From contig OX597815.1 of assembly GCA_951406725.2 (NCBI GenBank), forward strand, positions 207,452,001 through 207,516,000: DNA of 64,000 nt, read 5' to 3'. This document shows, in pieces, positions 52,393 to 64,000 of this stretch. Within the stretch, counting starts at the first letter, position 1. Each line of letters starts with the position of its first letter. The position numbers were made by a program, and so were the translations under genes. This DNA is from Octopus vulgaris (Eukaryota). Under the pieces are notes generated by a model. That model saw nothing but the letters and a program-made list of their open reading frames with translations. It made no database searches and was not told the DNA's origin.

Positions 52393-53177
52393 TATTTCTT
52401 TACTACCCACAAGGGGCTAAACACAGAAGGGACAAACAAGGAGAGACAAACGAATTAAGTCGATTATATCGACCCCAGTGCCTAACTGGTACTTATTTAA
52501 TCGACCCCGAAAGGATGAAAGGCAAAGTCGACCTCGGCCGAATTTGAACTCAGAACGTAGCGACAGACGAAATACTTATTTCTTTACTACCCACAAGGGG
52601 CTAAACATAGAGGGGACAAACAAGGACAGACAAACGAATTAAGTCGATTATATCGACCCCAGTGCCTAACTGGTACTTAATTTATAGACCCCGAAAGGAT
52701 GAAAGGCAAAGTCAACCTCGGCGGAATTTGAACTCAGAACGTAGCGACAGACGAAATACCTATTTCTTTACTACCCACAAGGGGCTAAACATAGAGGGGA
52801 CAAACAAGGACAGACAAACGAATTAAGTCGATTATATCGACCCCAGTGCGTAACTGGTACTTAATTTATAGACCCCGAAAGGATGAAAGGCAAAGTCAAC
52901 CTCGGCGGAATTCGAACTCAGAACGTAGCGACAGACGAAATACTTATTTCTTTACTACCCACAAGGGGCTAAACATAGAGGGGACAAACAAGGACGGACA
53001 TAGGTATTAAGTCGATTATATCGACCCTAGTGCGTAACTGGTACTTATTTAATCGACCCCGAAAGAATGAAAGGCAGAGTCGACCTCGGTGGAATTTGAA
53101 CTCAGAACGTAGCGACAGACGAAATACTGCTGAGCATTTCGCCCGGCGTGCTAACGATTCTGCCAGCTCGCCGCCCT
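52393..53177 (-). mobile_element. SINE family A tetramer: 4 x 184-bp units plus a single head, one 17-bp TSD
   Basis: Unit starts at 52393, 52577, 52761 and 52945. AACCGTCATCATATATC at 52376-52392 and 53178-53194. Confidence 0.95.
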
Positions 53178-53756
53178 AACCGTCATCATATATCATCATT
53201 CTATTGTGGTCGGACTGACCGCAGTAACAGCAGGGTTGCTCTCAGACATTCTTCTCACTATTTCCCATCATCACCGTGGCCGTCGCCGTCGTCTTCATTC
53301 CAAATTTTGTTTACTTACGTAAACGTTTCTCGTTCCTTATCTTTGAGTTATGCCACCTCTTATATTTCAGTAAAAGAATTTCTAGTGACCTAAAATCTGT
53401 ATTTCCCAAAGAATAGTTTTAAAAAATAAAGAGTAAGATATACTTTAACATTTACCACGAAATCCTTACGTCTTCAACAGCCAATGAAAGAGGCCATAAA
53501 GAGTAATTCCCATATTATGCTCCAATTTCTTTTAAAATATCAAGTGATTTCCCAAACTGAACTAGAACATCTGCAAACGCGTCACTAACTCGTGGGGAAT
53601 ATGTTGCTGATGAAAGCGATCTGGTTTCATGTTATTTCACAAAGCGACACTTTTATGAATATATATTCCCATAATCTATTGGCTTACCATGCCTAGAGAA
53701 AACTGAGAAGAGAAAGTGTGTGAACAAACGATCGGGAAAAGAAAGAAAAATGAAAG

Positions 53757-54499
53757 AAGGAAAGAAGTATGATGTACGAAAAGGAGAAGGAAAGTAATGT
53801 ACATGATTGACTAAAATAATCGTTTCTAGCATAAACAAAAATGAAGGAGCCGTCTATTTATATATATATATATATCCGCCCAAGTACTTAACTAATTATT
53901 GATTTTTATGGGTTACGGGTGAAATGAATGCAAAACTGACGTCTGCTGGATTTGATTCAGGTCGTAAAGAAGCGGAACAAATACTGAATAATGACTCCTT
54001 TTGCTTACTTTCGACTAGATACAGTCATAGACAAACGGATTAAGTCGATTACATCGACCCCAGTGCGTCACTGGTATTTATTTAATCGACCTCGAAAGGA
54101 TGAAAGGCAAAGTCAACTTCGACTGAATTTGAACTCAGAACGTAACGGCAGACGAAATACCTATTTCTTTACTACCCACAAGGGGCTAAACACAGAGAGG
54201 ACAAACAAGGACAGACAAAGGGATTAAGTCGATTATATCGACCCCAGTGCGTAACTGGTACTTATTTAATCGACCCCGAAAGGAAAGAAGTATGATGTAC
54301 GAAAAGGAGAAGGAAAGTAATGTACATGATTGACTAAAATAATCGTTTCTAGCGTAAACAAAAATGAAGGAGCCGTCGATTTATATATATCCGCCCAAGT
54401 ACTTAACTAATTATTGATTTTTATGGGTTACGGGTGAAATGAATGCAAAATTGATGTCTGCTGGATTTGATTCAGGTCGTAAAGGAGCGGAACAAATAC
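53757..54499. repeat. ~220-bp direct duplication enclosing a SINE A dimer fragment
   Basis: 53757-53984 is repeated at 54280-54499, with a SINE A (-) fragment at ~54028-54285 between the copies. Confidence 0.85.
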
Positions 54500-54987
54500 C
54501 GCTAGGCATTTTAGTTCCACAGTCTAGCGATCTTACCTATCAGTCTAGCAATCTTACTAATGATTAATATAATCGTTGGACCGACTCGGCAACTGGTTGA
54601 CGAGAGTTTCACGTCGTAGGCTAACCAAGCGTGACATAATGCCATTATAAAACCTGGTTGATAGTTTCAACTTTGGTTTTGTGTGCTGTCACTTTTGGCG
54701 GTGCATGATGAGATCAATTGTCACTTTATAACAGGTGTGCGAACCCCATACATGGCATTTAAATTTGCATACGTTTGCTGTCATACTATCTAGAATCATA
54801 AATGAAAGACAAAAATGATTTATGACACTAAACAAAAGAATAATTTAATGTAAGTTACGTGTTTGTGAATTTATAAAATTAAGGATGCTACCAACTCCTG
54901 CACCTTTACATAATCTTATCTACCTGCAAGTCAATCTAAGTAAAGAACATTTTCCGATTCCTATTTTAAGAATTAACCAACGGTTAT

Positions 54988-55220
54988 AAGGCGGCGAGCT
55001 GGCAGAATCGTTAGCACGCCAGGCGAAATGCTTAGTGGTATTTCGTCTGCCGTTACATTCTGGGTTCAAATTCCGCCAAGGTCGACTTTGCCTTTCATCC
55101 TTTCGGGGTCGATTAAATAAGTACCAGTTACACACTGGGGTCGAAATAATTGACTTAATCCGTTTGTCTGTCCTTGTTTATCCTCTCTGTATTTAGCCCC
55201 TTGTGGGTAGTAAAGAAATA
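54988..55220 (+). mobile_element. SINE family A monomer
   Basis: Full head-to-tail match with a short TSD GGTTATAA. Confidence 0.9.
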
Positions 55221-55258
55221 GGTTATAACTGAGAGAAAGAGATATACCTCCTCATATG

Positions 55259-55705
55259 TGTGGAGGCGCAATGGCTCAGTGGTTAGGGCAGCGGACTCGC
55301 AGTCGTAGGATCGCGGTTTCGATTCCCAGACCGGGCATTGTGAGTGTTTATTGAGCGAAAACACCTAAAGATCCACGAGGCTCCGGCAGGGGGTGTTGGT
55401 GAACTCTGCTGTACTCTTTCACCACAACTTTCTCTCACTCTTTCTTCCTGTTTCTGTTGTATCTGTATTTCAAAGGGTCAGCCTTGTCACTCTCTGTGTC
55501 ACGCTGAATATCCCCGAGAACTACTTTAAGGGTTCACGTGTCTGTGGAGTGATCAGCCACTTGCACGTTAATAAATGAGCTGCGACGTCACTGGTGCCAA
55601 GCTGTATCGGACCCTTTGCCTTTCCCTTGGATAACATCGGTGGCGTGGAGAGAGGAAGCTGGTATGTGTGGGCAACTGCTGGTCTTCCATAAACAACCTT
55701 GCCCA
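55259..55705 (+). mobile_element. SINE family C (body X + module Q)
   Basis: tRNA-like head TGGCTCAGTGGTTAGGGCAGCGGACTCGCAGTC...GGTTTCGATTCCC, body X, then CAAAGGGTCAGCCTTGTCAC...CACTTGCACGTTAAT. Confidence 0.85.
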
Positions 55706-55754
55706 ATAATGTTTTAAAACTCGTTTCGTATACATATATATATATATATATTTA

Positions 55755-55918
55755 TTTATTTATTGCCCACGGGGGGCTAAACACAGAGGGAACAAACAAT
55801 GACAGACAAACGGATTAAGTCGATTACATCGACTCCAGTGCGTAACTGGTACTTAATTTATCGACCCCGAAAGGATGAAAGGCAAAGTCGACCTCGGCGG
55901 AATTTGAACTCAGAACGT
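55755..55918 (-). mobile_element. SINE family A, 5' truncated
   Basis: Reverse complement of the family A core and short tail. Confidence 0.85.
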
Positions 55919-56937
55919 GGTTCTATGTGGTCCTCAACCTGGTAGAAACAGCAGGATACCTTCACTCATCTGAAGATCACATTCCTTGTCAACAAACACA
56001 AAATTCGGGGTCCTTAACTCGAAGGAGAAGATAGTTCCGCTCTAAGTGTGTGAAATAGAGTGAATCACAAAATTCTTCATTGACATGCTCCAAAGGTGTG
56101 CGAATAGTTTCCTCATTTCATGCCCAACAATACGAAAAAAAATGGGGAAAATATGTTGAAAAATATTGTTTTTTAGGCATACAATAAGGACTGCATACTC
56201 CTGTTTTTGATCATGAGCCAATTCGATCAAAACTTGCCAGTGATTAAACAATAACAACTTTACAAAGCACCAGGAGGTCCAGTTTCTTCTAAGTCTATCA
56301 CAAAATATGATGTAAAAGAATAAAAATATAATTTTTTTTTTTCACATTCCTTATGCCATTAAATGTGTTGTTGAATGATTTCATCAGTCTAATTGATTAT
56401 TGATTTTGCTTGTGTCTACTTTTGACAGAAGAATTATTTAAATCAAAGCCGTATGGGAATGTAAATTGAAAGTATGAAGGCAGCTTGATTCGAAACACAT
56501 ACAAGAGAAAGAAAGAAAGAAAGAAAAGGAGAGAGAAAGAAAGAAAAAGAGAGAGAAAGAAAGAAAGAAAGAAAAAGAAAGAAAGAAAAGCGGCCGCTAT
56601 TTACGTTAAAATCATTCCACCTTCGAATATATTATTGAAGAAAACATTTTGTCTGAATGATTTCCTCTTCCACTTCTGTTTTAAAGTAGAAGTGGACTGC
56701 TTCTTAAAGTAATAAGGATCCTTAAATTGAGCAAAAGAAAAGCATGTCTGTGAGAAAGTTCGAAAATATGATACGCGTACCGAAGTTCTGACCTTCACAC
56801 CACACTCTGTTCCAATACTTAAGTACGTCACCCGCGCTGTATATGTTTTCAATAATGGCCAAACGAGATGATATGACGCAACATATCTTGTTTACTAGAA
56901 TATTTGTGAATTTTACTATAAGACTTTAATAATATAT

Positions 56938-57430
56938 ATTTCTTTACTATCCACAAGGGGCTAAACACAGAGGGGACAAACAAGGACAGACAAAGGGATT
57001 ACATCGACCCCAGTGCATAACTGGTAGTAAATTTATCGACCCCGAATGGATGAAAGGCAAAGTCGACCTCGGCGGAATTTGAACTCGGAACGTAACGGCA
57101 GACGAAGTACGGCTACGCATTTCGCCCGGTGGCTAACGTTTCTGCCAGCTCGCCGCCTTAGACTTTAATAATATATTTAGACAGCATGTAGTGCTTTCAT
57201 AATTTTAAACGGATTATAAGGCGGTGAGCTGGCAGAAACGTTAGCACGCCGGGCGAAATGCTCAGCGGTATTTCGTCTGCCGTTACGTTGTGAGTTCAAA
57301 TTCCGCCAAGGTTGACTTTGCCTTTCATCCTTTCGGGGTCGATAAATTAAGTTGCGGACTGGGGTCGATCTAATCGACTGGTCGCCCTCCCCAAACATTT
57401 CAGTCCTTGTGCCTAGAGTAGAAAAGAATT
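56938..57430. mobile_element. Divergent SINE A pair (- 56938-57160; + 57219-57430)
   Basis: The minus copy has TSD AGACTTTAATAATATAT. The plus copy has the long tail and TTT.AAACGGATTA flanks. Confidence 0.85.
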
Positions 57431-57663
57431 TCAAACGGATTAGCTTTTATCTTTCCATCTTTATACTGCAACCATGCTGGGGCACCGCTTTGAATTTTTA
57501 GTCAAATGAAACGAATCCAGTACTTTTTTAAAACCTGGTACTCATTCTACCGGTTTCTATAGCTGAATTGCTAAATAACAGTGACGTAATCACAACAACA
57601 CCGGTTGTGAAGCGGCAGTGGGGGACAGACAGAAACACACGCATACATACATACACACGCACG

Positions 57664-57776
<113 letters not shown>

Positions 57777-57791
57777 CTGGGGTACTGTAGG

Positions 57792-58088
57792 TTTATCTAT
57801 CTGACGTTCTAATGACTTTGTTAATTCGTCGCCTATTCTTATACAGGGTGGGGCAAAAGTCACCAAAAGGTATAAAATTTGAATAAATATTTTTAATGAT
57901 TGTTTTTTATTTAGATGTGTGTGTGTGTGTGTGTGTGTGTAAGCTTGGTGGGAAAAAGATCACATCTAAATAAAAAAAGATCATTAAAAATATTTAATCA
58001 AATTTGATAGCTCTTGGTGACTTTTGCCCCACCCTGTATAAGAATAAGCGACGAATTAACAAAGTCGTTAGAACGTTAGATAGATAAA
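57792..58088. mobile_element. Fold-back structure: Tc1/mariner-type MITE (57844-58036) whose inverted repeat extends ~50 bp into flanking DNA
   Basis: TA|CAGGGTGGGGCAAAAGTCACCAA ... TTGGTGACTTTTGCCCCACCCTG|TA. The outer segments 57792-57843 and 58037-58088 are also reverse complements. Confidence 0.8.
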
Positions 58089-58829
58089 TTACAAATCTTT
58101 GAGTTCAAATCTCGTCGAGGTCACCTTAGCCCTTCATACTTTCACAGTCGATAAAATAAAGCACCGAGCGACCAGCACTTCCCCCGAAATGTCAAGGTTT
58201 TAGCTTATGCTAGAAACAATTGCCTGCGTGTTATGCGTGTATGTGTGTCAAATTATGAAGAAAAAAACGGCTACAACAAATACAAGACAAATTACAGTAT
58301 TTTGTACGTATTTCTATGTCTGTCTGTCTGTCTTCTAATATATACATTGTTTTTGTATTTGCGTCTGTTAGAAGTGTTTACGTCTGATGTTATTACACCT
58401 TTTAGCAGCTGTTATTCTAATCAGACATATGATTCGGTGGTCGTGCAACAGACGGCGTTGTAACTGTTCAGACTGTAAACAACATTTGGTTAGAGAGGGG
58501 GGAAAAAAAACGTCTTTCAATAAGTCTTCTGTAAGTCGCTTCTCCTTATTGGAAATTAATGTGACAGAATTGTCAATTATCATGTTTGTTATGAACAATT
58601 TATTATTATTATTAATTTTTTTTTCTTTTTTGGCCATGATGAAATGCCATTCAGTACTGATCAATAAGCTTTTATCTACAACGAACTTTGTTTAAAATAT
58701 TTATCAGTTCAGATCTCCGTTGAGATATAAAAAATTATATGGTTTTAATTACATACATTCGTTCCATATGTTAACCCGTCCTAATCGGATTATATACATT
58801 TTTCACTTTCGCTGTTTTTTCTCCTTTCT

Positions 58830-59175
58830 TCTTGATGTTTGCTTCCCACCCATACGGTCCCATTGCGTGATACCTTGGGCAAGTGTCTTCTATAACTTCG
58901 TAGACTCGGATCTACCAAAGCCTTGTGAATAGATTTGGTCGTATAATATATATTTGTGTATGTGTTTATCCTCCGTACTCCCCACCCACCGCTCGGCAAC
59001 CGGTGCTGGTTTGTTTACATCCACTTGATTTAGCGCTTCGGCAAAGGAACCCGATAGAATAATTACTAGACAAGTAGTGGGGTTGATTTGTTCGGCTAGA
59101 CACTTCAATCCGGTGCCTCAACATGGTCATAGCCCAATGATGGAAACAAGTAAAAAGATAAAAAAAAGATAAAAT
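58830..59175 (+). mobile_element. Diverged SINE family B
   Basis: CCTTGGGCAAGTGTCTTC...CAACATGGTCATAGCCCAATGATGGAAACAAGTAAAA. Confidence 0.8.
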
Positions 59176-59229
59176 AAAACAAAACCACCTGCAACTACTC
59201 TAGAAGTAATCTTTCTTTATCATCATTAC

Positions 59230-59778
59230 AACATCATAGGCTTGAAGGCTGCGTAGAGCTACTACCTTTCACTGAGCAATACACAATACCTTGTCTCTCC
59301 ATCTTCTTTCTCCTGGGTGATCAGTCATATTCAGTTGAATCTCTGATTTAGTAGCAAGCCCGTTCCAGTTAAACCACCACGATGAGAACTCTTTCCTACC
59401 TAGAAAAAAAAATAGCCAAAATTCTCATCGGCAGAATAAGCGGATGAAGAAGGCAATACCAGACAGACTGGCAATGAAAGCGCAGCACATGCGATGCCGA
59501 GGCTGACGCTAGTCCCTTGCGGTTTCGTTGTTTGATCCTGCATCTTACATTTCCCAAGTGCTGCAGAGAATGTATTCGAGACCCGAATGCGTGGGTCACT
59601 TCCTAGCAACTCGGGATCTACCTTCATCAAAATCATGCCACCGTCATTTCTTCATGGAAACTAGTACGAGCCGACGATGACATCATTCAAATACAACAAT
59701 GAACTGCCAACATAAAATACTTAAAGCTGGTGTACAAATAATTGGAAAAATCTACATTCAATGTAAACTTGAAAGATA
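59230..59778 (+). pseudogene. Possible degenerate RTE-type LINE 5' region, cut by a Helitron
   Basis: GC-richer island ending in AAATCTACATTCAATGTA (KSTFNV), similar to the APE endonuclease start motif TFNV, immediately before the Helitron. Confidence 0.35.
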
Positions 59779-60172
59779 TCTTTATATATAAAAGTGAAAT
59801 TGTGTGTCTGTCTCTTACGATTTAGATTCCTAACTAATCCCACATTTTGCGGTGCAGTGTAACCAAAACCGGGTATCTTATAGTCGTGATTCATATCAAG
59901 CCCTTCTGGGTATTAGCGCGCGTCTACGATGAGTCTACGATTAAAAAAAAATTTACAATCATTTTTTCCCCATTTTTAATGCATTTTTTGGCTATTATAT
60001 AAGGGAAGTAACTCTCTAAAAATGTATTATTAAATCTCAGAACGTAAAAAGCTACAGTAACACCCCCCTTTGTGGTTAGCCATAATGAGATGGCTATTAT
60101 ACTTTACATCTCTAAAAATGCTTATATAGTTATTTCCCTTACAAACCCGAGCAACGCCGGGCGATACTCTCG
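59779..60172 (+). mobile_element. Non-autonomous Helitron H1 copy
   Basis: A|TCTTTATATATAAAAGTG ... CCCGAGCAACGCCGGG, with a degenerate 3' CTCG|T. Confidence 0.9.
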
Positions 60173-60459
60173 TTGGTAAATTATGCATCTGCTGTAAAGG
60201 AGTATGGCCTTACATGCGAAATAATAGTTTTTAATTAGATTCAAGGCCAGCAATTTTTAGAAGGAATTAGTCGATAATACCATCAACCCCTATACTTGAG
60301 TTCTTATTTTATTGACCTCGGAAGGAGGAAAGGCAAAGTTAATCTCAGCGGGATTTGAACTCAGAATGGGAAGAGACGTAACTAAATCATGCAAGGCATT
60401 TAGCACTGCAATCTGACGATTCTGCTATTCTATAACCTTATTGCATTCTCTCTCTCTCT

Positions 60460-60667
60460 CTCTTTTCTTTTACTTGTTTCAGTCAGTTGACTGTGGCCCT
60501 GCTGGAGCACCGTCTTTAGTAGAGGAAATCGATCCCAGGACTTATTCTTTGTAAGCCTAGCACTTATTCTATCGGTCACTTTTGCCGAACCGCTAAGTCA
60601 CGGGGACGTAAACACACCAGCATCGATTGTCCCGCGATGCTGGAGGGACAAAGACAGACACACAAAC

Positions 60668-60702
<35 letters not shown>

Positions 60703-60860
60703 CGACGGGCTTCTTTCAGTTTCCGTCTACCAAATCCACTCACAAGGCTTTGGTTGGCCCAAGTCTATAGTAGAAGACACTTCCCCAAGGTTCCACGCAG
60801 TGGGACTGAACCCGGAACCATGTAGTTCGTAAGCAAGCTACTTACCACACAGCCTTTCCT
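60460..60860 (-). mobile_element. SINE family B, full length
   Basis: Reverse complement of the family B consensus. Confidence 0.9.
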
Positions 60861-61006
60861 ACATATACATTCTCAATAATGGGTGGCATCTTGGACAAGT
60901 GTTTTCATCCATAGACTCAAGCCGACCAAAGATTTGTAAGTGGATATGGTAGACAAACTGAAAGAAGCCCGTCGTGTATGTCGTGTGTGTGTGTGTGTGT
61001 GTGTGT

Positions 61007-61313
61007 GAAGGCTCGTGGCTTAGTGGTTAGGGCATTCAGCTGACGATCGTAAGGCCGTGAGTTCAATTCCCGGCGACGCGTTGTGTCCTTGAGCAAGACA
61101 CTTTATTTCACGTTGCTCCAGTTCCCTCAGCTGGCAAAAATGCGTCGTACCTGTATTTCAAAGGGCCGGCCTTGTCACGCTGAACCTCCTTGCGAACTAC
61201 GTTAAGCGTACACGTCTTTGGGGAGTGTTCAGCCACTTGCACGTTAATTGCCCGAGCAGGTTGTTCTGTTGATCGTATCGGCTGAGACCCTCGTCGTCGT
61301 AACTGACAGAGTG

Positions 61314-61317
<4 letters not shown>
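61007..61317 (+). mobile_element. SINE family C (body Y + module Q) nested in a SINE B
   Basis: GGCTCGTGGCTTAGTGGTTAGGG...GAGTTCAATTCCC, TTGTGTCCTTGAGCAAGACACTT, then CAAAGGGCCGGCCTTGTCAC. Confidence 0.85.
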
Positions 61318-61357
<40 letters not shown>

Positions 61358-61359
<2 letters not shown>

Positions 61360-61572
61360 AGGAGTGCTGAAAGGTTCTTGGCTTTGGGTAAAAGAAAATA
61401 CAGAAAGATCATTTAAACAGAATTTTATTCAACTTATTCCCTTCTCAGATTTACACACTTATTGCAGCGGTCCTTCGGTTTTTCTAAGCCCTGTACAAGA
61501 ACTCTGAAGGTTGCACCTCTAAACAGGCCTTTCGTGATACCCTAAAGCCAAGAACTTTTCAGCACTCCCTCG
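61358..61572 (-). mobile_element. Mariner-derived MITE (215 bp)
   Basis: TIRs CGAGGAGTGCTGAAAGGTTCTTGGCTTT / AAAGCCAAGAACTTTTCAGCACTCCCTCG|TA. The minus-strand interior reads GLEKPKDRCNKCVNLRRE*VE*, like the mariner C-terminus (G..KL..RW.KCV...G.YVE). Confidence 0.8.
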
Positions 61573-61631
61573 TACGTGTGTGAGAGTGTTTGTCCTCCTC
61601 CACCGCTTGGCACCCGATATTGGTTTGTTTT

Positions 61632-61865
61632 AAAGGCGGCGAGCTGGCAGAAACGTTAGCGTGCCGGGCGAAATGCTTAGCGGTATTTCGTCTGGCGCAA
61701 CGTTGTGAGTTCAAATTCCGCTGAGGTCGACTTTGCCTTTCATCCTTTCGGGGTCGATAAATTAAGCACCAGTTACGCACTGGGGTCGATGTAATCGACT
61801 TAATACCTATGTCTGTCCTTGTTTGTCCCCTCTGTGTTTAGCCCCTTGTGTGTAATAAAGAAATA
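61632..61865 (+). mobile_element. SINE family A monomer with 16-bp TSD, nested in a SINE B
   Basis: GATATTGGTTTGTTTT at 61616-61631 and 61866-61881. Confidence 0.92.
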
Positions 61866-62014
61866 GATATTGGTTTGTTTTCGTTCCCTAACTTATCTAT
61901 ATATATATATATGCTAACACACACACACACGTCCGTATTCGGGGGTTTTCCGATGAACTGAATTACTTGCTCCTGAGTTAAGGTTTGATTAGTTTAGAAT
62001 TCCATGGACATATA

Positions 62015-62316
62015 TGTTTGTTCCTTCTCGAACCATGCCTGGCTCATAAGGACCAGTTTCCCGGTTTCCTTGGCGTATAGGTTCCCCACCTGGACGGGAC
62101 GCCGGTCCGTCGCAGGTGAGCTGCAAGATGCAGGAGGAAAGAATGAGAGAAAGATGTGGCGAAAGAGTCAGCAGAAGTTCGCCATTACCTTCTTCCGGAG
62201 CCGCGTGGAGCTTAGGTGTTTCGCTCATAAACATACACATAACTCGGTCTGAGATTCGAACCCGTGATCCCTCGACCACGAGTCCGCTGCTCTAACCACT
62301 AGGCCTTGGGCCTCCA
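62015..62316 (-). mobile_element. SINE family C (body X + module P)
   Basis: Minus-strand head GGAGGCCCAAGGCCTAGTGGTTAGAGCAGCGGACTCGTGGTC...GGTTCGAATC, body X, then GCGACGGACCGGCGTCCCGTCCAGGTGGGGAAC. Confidence 0.85.
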
Positions 62317-63390
62317 TAGACATACATGGCCTTAACGTAATTCTCACGCGGAATCAGCGTGACACAGTGGCGAGGTTGTACTTTCGAATTACAAATTCAA
62401 TCTACCCAGCGGATTTCTGTACACTTTCCGTCTACTCAGTTTCACTCACAAGATACGGGTCCAAGCCATAGGAACTTACATTCGCCCAACATACAATGCA
62501 GTAGAATCGAACCCGGAACCCCGTTATTGCGAAGTGAACTGTCTAATCATTCGGCCACATACACACACATTCATACGTGTGTGTATGTGTGTGTGTGTTT
62601 GTGTGTGTGTGTATTTGTGTGTGTGTGTGTGTGTTTGCGATCATGGGCACACGACGAGGTTCTACATAGTCTCCATTTACCAAATGTTTGTTCACAAGAT
62701 ATTAGACAACCATCGAAGGTACTTTCTCAGAGTGCCTTGCAGCAGGATAGAATCGAGGACCACGCGGATGGAAAGCGGACTTCTTAACCACGCAGCCATG
62801 CCTACACTTCTCGGCTAAATTCGTGGCAACTCCTAGTATGAAACTCCTCAACCGCGAGTGTAATTTTTCAATGTCTTTACATAAATCTAGTAAAAAGTAC
62901 GGCGGGGTGAGTGATAAAATCAGTCGAGTGACAGACAAAATTACTTGTAGTATTTAGTTACATTTAATTACCTTCTTTGCATTTTGTCCTTTCTCTTTGT
63001 CTCTTACCCTTTCAGAATTAATAAAAGTAGTACCAGTCAAATTGAATACGTTTTTTTTTTTTCGAAATTCTGTGGTTTTCTTTAACTATTTGAGAACTCA
63101 ATAAATTTAGTGAAAATATTCGAATTAGTTCTGATAAAGTTTGAGAAAATGAGGACGAAGTGGTAATAAATGCCAATGTAATTTTACATTTAAGTAACAA
63201 ATGTTTTAAATCATTGTAAATCTTGCATTCTGCTCTTACAAAATTACCATCAATGTGTTTTGTATTAATTTCTTTAAGAAATTAATAGTGAGAGAGAGAG
63301 TAACGTGAGAATATTTTCGTGGTTAAGGGAATTAAACAAATATGGGATAAAGACGAAACAGAACAATAGTCATACATAAGTCCCCTCTTT

Positions 63391-63467
<77 letters not shown>

Positions 63468-63600
63468 CAGCTTATGTGCATGCTAATCTGATTAAATATC
63501 TAGTTATTTAAAGTACGTCGGGAATGCATTTTTAATACAAAAATCTACCAAAAGTGCTCAACAAACTAGTTTTAAATATATATATATATATATATATATA

Positions 63601-63903
63601 TCTTTATATATAAAAGTCAAGTTGTGTGAGTGTCTGTCTCCTACGATATAGATTCCTAACTACTCCCACATTTTGCGGTGCAGTTTAACCAAAATCGGGT
63701 ATCTTATAGTCGTGATTCATATCGAGCCCTTCTGGGTATTAGCGCGCGTCTACGATGAGTCTACGATTTAAAAAAAAATTACCATCATTTTTTCCCATTT
63801 TTAATGCATTTTTTTTGCTATTATATAAGGGAAGTAACTCTCTAAAAATGCTTATATAGTTATTTCCCTTACAAACCCGAGCAACGCCGGGCGATACTGC
63901 TAG
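63601..63903 (+). mobile_element. Non-autonomous Helitron H1 copy with ~90-bp internal deletion, in (TA)n
   Basis: A|TC...hairpin...CTAG|T. It lacks the segment between the two TCTCTAAAAATG repeats present in the other copies. Confidence 0.92.
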
Positions 63904-64000
63904 TATATATATATATATATATATATATAATCGAGAACACGCGCGTGTTCATCTCAGAATTTGCTTAGTCTACTGAGAATGGACAGATAGATAGAAAGAT

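Noticed and set aside
52393-53177. CRISPR-like or satellite-like regular array
   Set aside because: The units are 184-bp near-identical SINE bodies with no unique spacers and no cas genes, in a eukaryotic context.
55262-55335. Apparent tRNA gene (TCG anticodon-like), also at ~49300, 61010 and 62240
   Set aside because: The acceptor stems are poor and each continues into a SINE body, so these are tRNA-derived SINE heads.
59396-59636. Two minus-strand ORFs in a GC-richer island as host exons
   Set aside because: No recognisable domain or consistent splice pair. A decayed LINE 5' region on the + strand explains it better.

Overview
Eukaryotic, very AT-rich DNA dense in microsatellites and retroposons. 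The SINE families and (TA)n/(CA)n load suggest an octopod cephalopod (Octopus-like) genome; this is inferred from recall and was not searched. Only one host coding exon is well supported: a + strand terminal exon (9062-9183) encoding a PLAC domain, typical of the ADAMTS/ADAMTS-like/papilin C-terminus, which the ORF track missed. The rest is intronic or intergenic and mostly mobile DNA. It includes three tRNA-headed SINE groups (many nested or multimeric), LINE remnants (R4/Dong, RTE, CR1-group), non-autonomous Helitrons and a HINE-like element, a DD41D Tc1/mariner pseudogene, and hAT, mariner and piggyBac-like MITEs. Highlights: an HDV-like ribozyme fold at the 5' end of an RTE-type leader (51756-51873, -), several hammerhead-like motifs in probable Penelope remnants, SINE multimers bounded by a single TSD with recurrent junctions, a SINE/LINE shared 3' stem-loop with compensatory changes, and 2x2 module shuffling among SINEs. 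There are no prokaryotic systems and no CRISPR array. Almost all ORF-track entries are repeat artefacts. Coordinates were counted by hand, and those of degenerate elements are approximate.
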